From: Amphiscolops sp. MND2022
Lineage: Eukaryota
DNA: 64,000 nucleotides
Direction: 5' to 3'
NCBI GenBank assembly: GCA_964187785.1
Contig: OZ076409.1
Coordinates: forward strand, 34,288,001-34,352,000
Shown: positions 11,239 through 22,719 of the stretch, one piece after another
Position numbering within the stretch: position 1 is the first letter of the stretch
How the letters are laid out: every line of letters begins with the position of its first letter
Position numbers and translations under genes: made by a program
Notes under the pieces: model-generated
The model's input: only the letters and a program-made list of their open reading frames with translations
Told to the model about the DNA's origin: nothing
Database searches by the model: none

Positions 11239-11400
11239 AAAAATAGACCAAGCATCTTTATGACTTCGCACATTCATTTCGCATAATTACCTTTATTTTA
11301 TCAATGCACCCCGTGATTTAAATCACGGGGTGTATTGATAAAATGAAGTTAATTATGCGAAATGAATGTGCGAAGTCATAAAGATGCTTGGTCTATTTTT
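11239..11400. repeat. 162-bp spacerless palindrome
   Basis: 81-bp arms centred on GATTT|AAATC (11319/11320) with 3 mismatches. Confidence 0.95.
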
Positions 11401-12301
11401 TTCTATATTCAAATCATTGAATAAATTTGAAATTATCAAACCAATTGAGAGCTGCTAATTATATCGAAAAATGGAGCACAAATTAGGCATCAGGATTTTT
11501 AGTTTTTGTTTCTCATTTTTTTTTTCAATTTCTTTCAAATGATCGACTTGTTTTTAAATTACATGGAAAATAACTGAATTTTGAAGTGTTTTGTGATTAA
11601 TTGGCAAATGCTTTCTCACTACGCATAAAATAAATTGCTGACTGCAGTTGATTAAAAACTCACTTAGTGTAGACGCCAACTAAGCTACGCACCAGGAACA
11701 TGTTGCTCTTGTACATACTAGTGTTTCATACCAATGATGAACATAAATATTCATAATTTGAACGGAGTCGGAATTTTTCATTTAATTTATAACTTATTGA
11801 AAGTCAATTATTCTAACTGCCAAAATTCAAATCAAGAAAACCAAATAGTTATTTTTTCACTAATTTCATTTTTTTTGTTTCAACCTGAGGAAAAACGTTT
11901 TCCGAGCACAAAGGGCCCTCTTCTTTCGGATGAGGATTGTCCTGAGTTTTATTAACACAAAAATTGGAGAAAAACTTGTTTTTTGAATGGGCTTTTTAGG
12001 GTTTTTTGAATTAAAAAGGCATAACTGTCTCTTGCGAAAACGTACAACATAGTTGCTCTACGTTTCTGATTTCGCTGGATATTGGAAGATTTCAGATTTT
12101 GGTCATTTGGGGTCATTTTGAAGCTTTTTAAAATCACGTTTTATACAAAGGAGTATGCTACGTAGATACCCTTTTCTTTTCTGAAACCTGTGTGTAGTAA
12201 AAACCACCAAAGTAACAGGACAATGATCGAAAGTGCATTGGTGTTAAAAAATGATTTTCGCTGTTTTTGTGCATGTAAACATTTTCTAAGAAAATAGTGA
12301 T

Positions 12302-13777
12302 TGTAACGGAAGCCTGTGGTACAACGAGTTTTCAGAAAAATCGACCAAAAACTCGTTCAAATCTGACGTGGCAAATTGAGCATGCTTTGGCCAAAGTACC
12401 TGTCAAAAATCAGTTCAGAAGACGAAGCAAGCCGCCTGCGGAGACGACCGAACGGGAACATGTTGTGAAGAAGCCTATGCGCGTAGAAAACTCATAAATA
12501 GACTCTTTTTGAGGTGCTAACTCCAGTTTTTACCGATTTTCAGTATTATGCTACCCAAAGTAGCAAGAACCGGAAAAATGCGTCTTTTCGCTTAATTATT
12601 GTAACATCACCCTGCGATCAACAAAATTTTCGAAGTTTGACGATTTTCTGAAAAATTCGTTCAAAAGTGACGTGGCCCTCAAACATTAGTTCACGAGGTA
12701 CCAGTCCCGCAAAATCATAAAGAGCGTGCACAAGCAAAGCCCGCGAGGCAGAAAAAAGAAGCGGAATGTCGGAAAAGTGCGTGAAACGTCATAAAACAGA
12801 AGAACCGTAGCCTATGCGCAAATCTCCACGGTGCCCATCGCAGTTTGCACAAAATCAGCATGTTCGAGTAATTATACTATCCGGACCCAGGGTTGTGCCG
12901 AACCCGAGAACCAGTGCCATGCAATCTAAACCCAATTCGCCGATCTGGATTTTGACTCTTTTTGACGTGTGACTGATTTGTTTGATTAATTTTCAATTCG
13001 AGAGCTACTCTTGTTAATGTTAATGTCATTTACGATAGATTCCCATCTGGATCATTCAATTTAGTTCTATGCAACTCGACCCCTTTTTTACAGGCTATTT
13101 ACGCAGTGGATACAAGATAAATGCGTATTTCATGTGACTAGTAGCAGCTACAGACCGGAAAAGGTCAGAGAGCATCCCTAGAGACGGTTCGACCTTGTCG
13201 GGACCGGCATTCCCTAGGAGGACAAATTGGACTGGAGTTATGGTGATTAGTCCCGGATCTATACCCATAGCTTCAGTTCCTCCTTCCCTTGTAGCGAACA
13301 AACGCTCAGCGCTTTTCATTACATATCCTTTTTTGGTGCTTGGAGTCCCTGCGCCCCAGCTTGTAGCTGTGTGGTTGGCCATATTTATGCCTATTTTGAT
13401 GTGTTTCTACTGTTTTTAGCTAGCCCATGCGCTAGTTTTCGCAGTTTAGATCTTATTACCCATTTTAGACCTTATTCACATGTCACCTTGGAATTTCACC
13501 CTGGAATGGAAATTTACACTGTTTATCCTTGGCGTTGTTTTTAAAGGCTGTCTAGACGGTGGTTATGAAGAGAAAAAGCATAATGCCCGTTATTCTCAGC
13601 AGTTACAGACTGGAACAGGCCGGAGAGCATCCCTAGAGACGGTTCCCCCTCCTCGGGACCAGCTTCCTTAGGAGGACAAAATGGACTGGAGTTATCGTGA
13701 TTAGTCCTGAATCTTAATCCATGGCATCAGTTCCTCCACCCTGTGTAGCGAACAAACGCTGAGCGCTTTTCATTACA
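12302..13777. mobile_element. Outer solo-LTR-like element (TGTAAC...TTACA, 3-bp TSD GAT), 749 bp net of the nested copy
   Basis: GAT|TGTAACGG at 12299-12309 and CATTACA|GAT at 13771-13780; shares 5' motifs and a ~175-bp 3' block with the inner element. Confidence 0.78.
12600..13323. mobile_element. Inner solo-LTR-like element (TGTAAC...TTACA, 3-bp TSD TAT), 724 bp
   Basis: TAT|TGTAACAT at 12597-12607 and CATTACA|TAT at 13317-13326; homologous to the element it interrupts. Confidence 0.78.
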
Positions 13778-14929
13778 GATTTTCCTATTAAAAGGTCTCT
13801 TGAATCGACTAATGTTTTTTCGAAAGATGCAGATGTTCATAGCCATGAAAGCATTCAAATATTGTACAGAATTTGTTACAAGCTGTCAAAACTTGAAAAC
13901 ATTTCAATTTTCGGGAAGAATCAATGATGAAAGTTAGGACAGAAAACGTTCAAACACTGAACAACTTTTTATGAAAACTTGAAAATTGTTTTTCTCGTGT
14001 AAGTTGAATGCAACAGAATCCAGTTTTTGGAAGTTGCGCTGCTTTAAAGCAATTTCACTAATTATTCGTCATTTGTGCTGTTATTTTGAGATGAACCGCA
14101 TGCGTTCCATATGGAGAGACCTCGGCTACTTTTACCGTTTTCAAGAGCTCGAAAAAAGTGTTTGAGTACATAATTTCTGCAACAATAGGAATAAAAAGTA
14201 AGCCGAGGACGTTCCAGGAAAAAGCCCCAAAAATTCAATTTTTTTCGGGAAAACAGACATCAACGTCCTCATGCTCAAGTGCTTGCCAGGTATCCTTATT
14301 TAGATTTTCTAATGCAGTTATGCAAAAATCCCCTATTCTTTGAATGATTTATCAACATGAGTAATGAAATTATAGGTACGTTTCGTGGTGAATCACAGTT
14401 GGAAAATGGGATTGATTATCCTAAAATGCCTTCACCAGCGGCATCGATGTTCCAAGACGCTCGTTGGATACCGACCCTGACTTATTTTAGCATCAACATT
14501 GTTTTTAAGGCTGGAGCATTACCAATAATGTCATGCGAAAACGTTCAAATCTTGTATATAAAGCACAACAATGAAATAAAGATCATTCTTACAATTGAAG
14601 ATTGTAAGGTAATTTTCGATTTCTGGGTACTTCTTTCAAACACTGTTCCAGCAAAAAACATGTGAATATTGTTCAAAATCTATATAAAGTTCAAAAAATG
14701 AATAGGTTCAATTTTTGATTTTCAGGAACTTTTTCAATTTCTGGGCACTTTTCAAAAAACGTTCATGTAAGATATCGTGATATGTAATAGCTTATTTGTT
14801 TTGTCGTTCAATTTGAGGAATCATCTTGATTTTTTGCAAAAGAGATATGATTTTAGATGTCATGATTTTCCCATGTTATATTTGAACGGAAATTAGTTAA
14901 AAGGTCCTTTGAAATAGTGAAAGGAATGA

Positions 14930-15762
14930 CTTTTGTCTGAAAATAGGATGATGAAAAGACGTCCACAAGTAAACAAACTACGCGCAAATTACAATTTGAC
15001 CAATCACCAACGAGTAGCTCAGAACCAATCAAAAATGCAAAACCAAATAAAAACGGCCAAACCAACAAAAACAACAGGGCCAAAGAAAAGGTCAAAAATC
15101 CCAAAAGAATTTAAAAGACTGGAAAACTGGGAACAATTGACACACGACTCCACCGGCGAGGAGGACGAGAGCCAAAGACAAAAAGCAGCAGTCAAAGCTG
15201 CAGTAGTATAGGAAAAACCCACCAAAACCGAACCTGAATCGGATGAAGAAGAGACAACGAGTCAATATCAATAGATCGACCAAAGAGGGACAGAAAGACA
15301 CCCAACTATTTTGGGAATCCTGTGATGATCTGCGGCATTGAACAAAAACCAGAAGTCATCACCCTATCCTCATCCACAGAGGACAACTAGAGAAAAAGAA
15401 AGGAACGAACCAACAAGATAACCCGAAGCAACATAGAGAGACACACTTCTTTATGTTTACCATACTAGTGCCTGAACGTCAAGAACCGAAAGGGGAGTGT
15501 GACAGGGCTCAATCAAAAAGAAAGAACACTAAAACAATTAATTTATCTAACATATGAGTGACATAAACATTGATGCCAAATTGTACATTTAGTTATTTAC
15601 ATAATTACTAACAATGTACTGGTAGAACTATTGAGTTGGAAAATTAAGATTGGCTCTGTTGCCATATGGTCTAGATTTCAATACAGTATTGCTTCCTGTC
15701 TTTGTTGATCTGAAACATCTTCACAGTGAATACTGAGTTACCGCTGTAGCTATTATTTCACA
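14930..15762 (+). mobile_element. 3' fragment of a gypsy-like element: decayed ORF tail, PPT and LTR (about 15498-15762)
   Basis: AAAGGGGAG followed by TGTGACA (same junction style as 8745-8762), candidate end TTTCACA, and A/C-rich broken ORF upstream. Confidence 0.65.
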
Positions 15763-15877
15763 TTATCCTAACCCTAAAACAGACACGAAACAAACAATCA
15801 GGACACATTTTGGTTACAAAAAGAGATAAGATTCAATTAGTCTAAAGGTGTTTTGGAAGGTAGACACTAGCCTTTCG

Positions 15878-16870
15878 TCAAAAAATGAAAAGGGAGATAC
15901 ATTTGGAAAGGATGAAAATTGAAGCGGTTAAGCGGGTGCTTTTGGAAAACGAGTAGAGAGCTGAGTTTTCTGTAGCCACAATGAGAGCTGCGAAGCATTT
16001 GGTTTCCTTCGCAGCCCCATAATCAGGTGTCCCGCAACTTTCCATTAGCCACGGCAGGTAATGAAAAACATCTGAGTACACCCAAGGTGTCTCGTACATC
16101 TCGCACTTTCGAGTCCAAGATGTGACACCCACTAGTTCATACCATTTGTCTACCTTTTTAGTTAGGAGCCCCCCACCACGTGAATGGCACAAACTACTTG
16201 TATCATTGCCAAAGACTGAACAAATCTCCCCAGATTTATCATGGGCCGACGTCTCCTCAAACTCTGATGAAGAGATCTGATTGCAATGTTCCATAGAAAA
16301 TATTTGAGTTTGGGCGATTTGAAGGTGCCGCTGAGCTGGAGTTCCAGTCCTATGGCTGTCAACCCAACTTATAACCAGTCCTGTTTCATTTTCTGGAACT
16401 CCAATCAGAGAAATACAGATAGTTTGAAAGTGATAGCAAAACCTTAAAGGCTCATCGAGTTTGAGCAAAGCAACGTTGGAGTCAAAGTTGGGATGAACAA
16501 TTATTTCACTCACATTTCTTTCTACACCGTGAGTGTTATAGTATGATAGTACTCAGCACTTTCATAATCTTCAGTTTCATTATAATTTTGATAGTCCAGA
16601 TAATCGTCGTAATCTCCATAATTGTACATTTCATAGACCGTTGCAACCTTTCCAAATAAAAGTTCAATATTATGCCTATCCACATTGTGAACACAATCGG
16701 CTGCTGTGATTACGTAATTACGATCAAAAATGGCTGCTCCACATTTCAGAGTCAGTCCATTTGACGAAACGTGAACCAACAGAGTTGCCATAAATTTAAA
16801 GAAGCCCGATTGGACTATGCGCCTCCCGTACTGAGATCCCATGGACTCTGTGGAATTTTTAGTTTTTAGC
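15878..16870 (-). pseudogene. Trypsin-fold serine protease homolog (SPH2) with one frameshift; possible GPI-anchor tail
   Basis: RR-IVQS, LKCGAAIFDRNYVITAADC, VHPNFDSNVALLKLDEPL, ICSVFGNDTSSLCHSRGGGL, LVGVTSW, YSDVFHYLPWL. Frame change near 16535-16545; hydrophobic C-terminus. The 5' end is uncertain (in-frame TAG at about 16873-16875, possibly part of a splice acceptor). Confidence 0.8.
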
Positions 16871-19525
16871 GCCTACGAAAACCCATTGCTTTTGCGCGAA
16901 GTACATATGATAGACGGAACTATGTTAATCATGTTTTCAGACCGCCGGAATAGTGAAAACAGCTGAAACGGCTGGCAATAGCATGCTTCGATATGGCTGA
17001 ATTGGCAAACTAGGTATTTACTTTGTAAACGAAACTTCTTAGGCAAAAATTAATAAGTTAGCGAGTGACGTCAGCGAAGAAATGTCTCGAATCGGCTAAA
17101 TCAGAGTCAATCACCGAGAGCGAATTTTACTAAGTCCCACTTAAGAGCGAAAATATTCTAAGACACGATATTTGGAAACCGAGGGGGACCAAATCGAAAC
17201 CCCCCCCAGTCAGGTTTTTCTCAAAGACTATTCATTGTAGAGACTTGAAATTTGGCACATGTATACCTGAGCTGTTATGCTACTAATCCATAAAAACGGA
17301 ACCGAGCCGAGACCTCCCAGCCCCGGGCTATTAGCACCGGAAGTGACCTAGGTCGACCCCCCTTCGAACTCGTCGGCCAAGCACGGAATAAGTCGTATAA
17401 CATATGGAATTGATAGCCCATCAAATTGTAAGCAGATTTCGCATATTTTCAGAACCCTACGACGCGTGTAAGAGGAGCACGGACCCTATGTAAATAAACA
17501 CCTAACGTTATGTAAATCGCCACCGGATGACCCGAAGATCATGAAACTTAGCTAAGATGTTCAGCAAGCAACCCTAACTAATATACATGGAAGATACATG
17601 AGTCGGCCCACCACGCGCGGAGTAATGTTTGTTTAAGGCACGCGGGACCGGACGCGCGGGCCCGACCGATAAAAGACATTTGACCTTGACTTGTAATACC
17701 TCAAACGGACCGGAATAACGAATATAGTCGATTGGTAATAAGAACGGAACAGTATTTGTAACCCATGCGGGGGTAACCGCCTTAAGTAAACAAACGATAC
17801 GCATATCATGTAACTCGAAGACCATTGACCCTAGGATGATATGACTTGGCATGTAGCAACTCTGGATGAGGACAAATAACTTCAAGGTCATGGACGGACC
17901 TCAAGGTCACTTTAGATGCAACCCCGGAACATATAGAGAAACTTACGATAAAACATGTAAATCGGTGTCTTTAAGCGATAGGTTATGCAATTCAGTCAGG
18001 CGGAACAATTCGCGGTGCACCGCGCTCAGAATAAGAGAAAAGTAACGCTCACACGTAGAGAGCATGTAAACCATGTAGTTGAAGGTCATTAAACGATTGG
18101 CTCGATATTGGAAATATCTTGGTTGACTTGAATTATTATTGAAATGTGAACATTGTACAACCTTTGTTGAAGTATTTGTCATTGACGGCGAAGTATATCT
18201 GGCCGAAATATAACTAGGGCGTTGCCATGCCATAAAGGGAATAAAACTACATGAAGTCAAAAGCAGGCAAATAAAAGAGCGACATCGGTACAACAAAAAT
18301 GCGGGCGATGAACAAATATAATTGAGGCGGAATTGGAATATACTTGAATAGACAGAACCGAGTTAGAACGCTGGAATCAAGTCGAGTCTCGCGGAGGCAA
18401 GATACTTGTTCGAATTAACACTTGCGTTTCTCGACAAGCGAGTAAGAGAACTAGAAGAAGGTTGAGTCTCGCGGAGACAAGAGACACTTCTAGCTTACGT
18501 TGTCGCCAGTAGAAGAGATTAACTGACAAGTCCGGGACTTGCGATTTTGGTTGAAGTTGGAGCTTCAACAAGATTGAATTGCGCCTAACGCACGTGGCTG
18601 AATCGTGGATTCGATTGTTGTTGTACCCTCTTACTGAGAATTGTAGATAGTACTTGATGAATATTAGTTAGTTCGACCGATTGGAATTACTTAGTGTTAT
18701 TGTTTTCGTTAAAGAAGTATTTTTATTATTCCATTACTCGAAGCTTTTGGAAGCCGTGAGCCGAAAGAGCATTATTCGGAGAGAGAAATTGACAATAACT
18801 TCAAGAGAATTGGCAAACTCACTAAAACAACCTTTCTGTCTGTTAAGCTTCCGATCCGAGGTAAAACTCTCTCCGACCCCCGAATTGGATTTTCTTACAG
18901 ACTCCCATTATCGGGTGGCAGTAAGGACGCTTTTCGGCACCGCGTTTCCTGAAGCCGCTTGATAGGTATGAGTTCCAGGTATTTTTTGGGTAGCTGGATT
19001 GATTTACTGTCAGAAAAAGGGATAATTTTAGGTCTAATTTTCGATAATATTTATGTTTTGTTAACATCTGTTTTTTCTCACAAGCAGATGGTTTTCCCAG
19101 CAATTAAAGCTCTATTCACTCGTATTTTGATGCGTATTTTTGTATTTTTGCCAGGATTTTTTTATTTTGCTGTGAAAAACTACCGTATTTTTGATCAGAT
19201 TTTTGTATTTTGAAAGTCAAATTTTTGCATATTTCTGATCTTTTGGTTTCATTTTGTTCCAATCGTCCTTCACTTTTTCAGATAAATGGGTGTTCCGTTT
19301 TAATCATGTCATCTGCATCGACGGTTTGTTATTTTTTTTGTTACAAATTTTCATGTTAGGATTTCGAGATGCTACTGTTTGTTATGGATTGTATTTGGGA
19401 ATCCGTCAGTCGATTCCTGATATATTTCGTACATTCTGAGCATTCTCTTGAGCTCATACTGTAATGTATTATATATATTTTCCATGTTTTTTCATAGAAG
19501 TCCCTTAGAAAGTTATTTTTTTATA

Positions 19526-19693
19526 CCCTGGCAAAAATTGCGATAGTCTATCGATGGGAGCTCAGCATGGTCCCATCGATGGCCAATCGATGGGCCATGG
19601 CAAAAAAGTCGGCGGATCATCGATGGGTCATCGATGGGATTGGGATGGTCCATCGATGGCCCATGGATGGGCTGCCCTGGGACCCAACTCGGG
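19526..19693. repeat. Cluster of palindromic CCATCGATGG-like motifs, probably one end of a TIR element
   Basis: About 7 ATCGATGG-type units in ~170 bp starting at CCCTGG; no matching second end found. Confidence 0.6.
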
Positions 19694-20399
19694 CTGTTCT
19701 CTATTTGAGTAGTTGTAGATATTGGTTGCATTTCGTAACTGTGATTGATATATTCAATAATTTCAGTCAATTTAGGATCAGAGGTGTTGATGTTTTTAAT
19801 CAAAACAGTAATAACAAAAATTAGCAAGGAGGAAAGTCTCCGAGGAAAATCTCAGACGAAAGTAATTTTCCTCTGAAAAATTTGGACAATCACTGACAAA
19901 TACAAAAAGTTGTTTTGATAACTATTTGCCGATTTCTCAGCTCGTCATACCGTCGACCATTGGAGGTCATTGACTAGAACAGACAGAAGATAGAAGTTGT
20001 TGACAAGCAAACTTCAATTCAGCCAAAATCATGTCATTGCTTCTTTATTGAATTAGTTTTTGAATTTATGATCGACTTGAATAGATTGTTTGTATGCTAT
20101 AGTGATTTTTACTGAGGTTACAACACAGGTTAAGCTGAATTTAGCTCAAATCTAGAAAAAAAATGGAAAATGAATACGTTGTGCGTCAAAACATTTTGGA
20201 CCATTCTAAAACATGTCAATTAATCTCATCGACGCTAAACGTTTTGGACAGCCATAAGAAAAACACCGAAAAACGATTTTGATCAAGAGTTTTCCTTCCA
20301 TTTTCTCTCAACTATACGAGCAATACGAACCGGCACAGAGCCAAATAACTAAACGAATTGTTGAGAAAAACTCAAATCTTTGCCCAAAACTGTTTTCTG

Positions 20400-21400
20400 A
20401 CACAATTTTTCAATTTTTTCACATTTCGGAGTTGTAGGTTATCATACACTCAATTGCTCAACATACTCCACACATTCTCCATGATAATCAAATCCGGGCT
20501 TCTACTGGGCCAACTGAGGAATTCAGTTCCACGATTTTCAAAAAAAACAATTATCGAGTGGGCAATGTGAATACTACAATTGTTCTGTTGGAGAATATAA
20601 TCATTATTCATGGTATCCCTAATCGCGGGTCCAGCACATGCAGATAAAAATGACATTTACTGCATTCAATGGAATTCACCCTGCTTAACATTTTTTCACG
20701 AAAGGCATGCTTTTGGGAAAAAGCTTGCCCCAAAACAAAAACCAACACCAGCAGCCTATTTTTTATTTCTGAAATTTTGGATAATTCCTATATTTTGTTG
20801 TATGTTCTCCATTCATCAAGCTCGTCTGCTTAGGTTTTTTTGTCAGCAACACAACTTTTTTATATCGATCCTCTTCCTCTGCCGATTCATGTCAATGCAC
20901 ATTTTTACTCGTTTTTGTTCTATTCTGTTAGTATTATTGTCTTGTCGTTTTTGTGGCAAAAGCCAAGGCGCTTGAGCGCCGCTGTTTTGTTCTTCTAGTA
21001 GCTTCAACAGTACAGTTTGTTTCGAAACTTTCTGGTTGCGTCTTATTTTTATGTTGCTTCAATCGAACAACCTCTCGGTTTATCAGCAAATCAAGTACTT
21101 TTACTTTCAAATCAAGAACTTTCAGAAAGTTCGATCTGTTACTGACATTTCTCAACAAACTACCACAACAAAAAGACAATTCTTTCAGTTTTAATGGTAT
21201 CGATTGAAACGCCCGGCACGAACAAAAGAACTTGCCATTGAAGAAAATAGGATTTTTGTCACACAAATAGCAAAAAATTCATTCGTCGTTTTTGCTGTCG
21301 GCGTTCATTCGGATATTACGCCGCTTTCGCTCCTTTTAGCTCACAAGCGGCTCAATTCATTAGTCGCAAACGTAACCTCCGTTCGTGAATGGTGCTAAAA
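20400..21400 (-). mobile_element. Degraded Tc1/Tc3-like transposase
   Basis: YILQQNNCSIH (cf. FQQDNAPIH) and LSWPSRSPDLIIMENVWSML (cf. WPxxSPDLNPIENxW); many lesions; boundaries approximate. Confidence 0.8.
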
Positions 21401-21659
21401 AGGAACATCTATTTACGTATTATAGTATGGTTTCTGGTTTCATGTTTGATTCAATGAACCAAGTAAAATGAATCATGCCTTTTACTGAACCTGATCGATA
21501 GATATTTGCTATGAAACACCCTTTCAGTTTTTAGTCGGATATTGTTTTAGAAAAGAGCGACTATAGTCATGGTTTTTCGTCAGTTTAATCTTGTTTCGTG
21601 ACAACTGAACTAGCCAAAATAGTTCTTCCAAAGTTGTTCAATTTTGCCAACGTCAGTCA

Positions 21660-21755
21660 CCGTCACTTGGCCTAGCGGTAAACACTTTCCCGCCCTGAGT
21701 GGGAGATCTAAGACACACGGGTTCGTGGCTTCGAGTCTCGCACTAAACTAAAACT
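21660..21755 (+). mobile_element. tRNA-derived SINE-like head
   Basis: A-box TGGCCTAGCGG (21668-21678) and B-box-like GGTTCG/GCTTCGAGTC (about 21720-21738); a related GGTTCGAGTCCCGCA lies on the minus strand near 58578-58593. No cloverleaf. Confidence 0.5.
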
Positions 21756-22719
21756 TTTCTATGTTTCCAAAAGTAGGAAGAAACCAAAGGGTCCCGCCTT
21801 CAGAATTCTTTCGACGCTCGATTGCGACACACTTGGGACATTTATTCAGATTTTTTTCAAGCCCAATCTCTTCCCACAATTTTCAGCAAAAACAAAGTGT
21901 TTTGCTAGCGTAGAGGGCCATTTTTAGTTCTTTCGTTTGTCACTTTGCAACTTTCCGAAGTAAATAAACTTGATTCCATGGAACTGATGACTTTTTTATT
22001 GATTGTGGAAAAAACCTACTTTTCGGCTCTGTGCGGTTTTTTTTCGAAACTTTCTTTTGGTCAAAGGATACCCCTCGCTTTCAGAGCTGATCTCCGCATC
22101 AGAAGAAATAATTGTGGGAGCTGAAACTTTTTTTGGCACTGAGAGAGTTTTCCATGAAAAGTGCAAAAAATAAGTTTCAAAAATGGATTTTTTGTGTTTG
22201 CAGTGGGGGAAAAGTGGTTAGCGAGTCTTATGCGTACGTATCCCATGCACTGTGGCGATTGCAATGAGTTTTTTCTGGTTAAGATTTGGGGATAACTTTG
22301 AGAGGAATATAGTCACTAGCTTTATTCAATCAAACATTTTTTCTAAACAGTGTAAAAGATTGCAAACAGTGCTTTGTGAAAAAATGACACAAGACATAGA
22401 GACTTGAATACACAGACCAACGATGAAGAAATATTACAGTGGTTAGGAGACAAACTAGAAATCAGTATACAAGATATATTCATTCACGCGCTAGGAGAGA
22501 GAGAGAGACTGCAGTAACAGAAGATACAAAAACCGTTTCGGACAACGACGAGAACAAAAAAGATAATACCCAGTTATACTTACTGTTCTCATTAGCTTTT
22601 GTTTGGGAACGAAATAGGTTTTTCAGTTGGGCGGAATACTTTGGCATTGTGAGAGAGACGAACTAAACAGTCAAAGCTGTGTGCACTCGGATATTACAGC
22701 CTAAAAAGGATAGCAAATT

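Noticed and set aside
13133..13323. 191-bp TGT...ACA solo LTR, or 13150/13606 as the two LTRs of one TRIM
   Set aside because: No TSD, PBS or PPT for these boundaries; the nested model explains both 5' and 3' similarities and gives two TSDs.
21660..21755. Possible tRNA gene
   Set aside because: A/B-box-like motifs are present but no acceptor stem or cloverleaf can be built; kept only as SINE-like.
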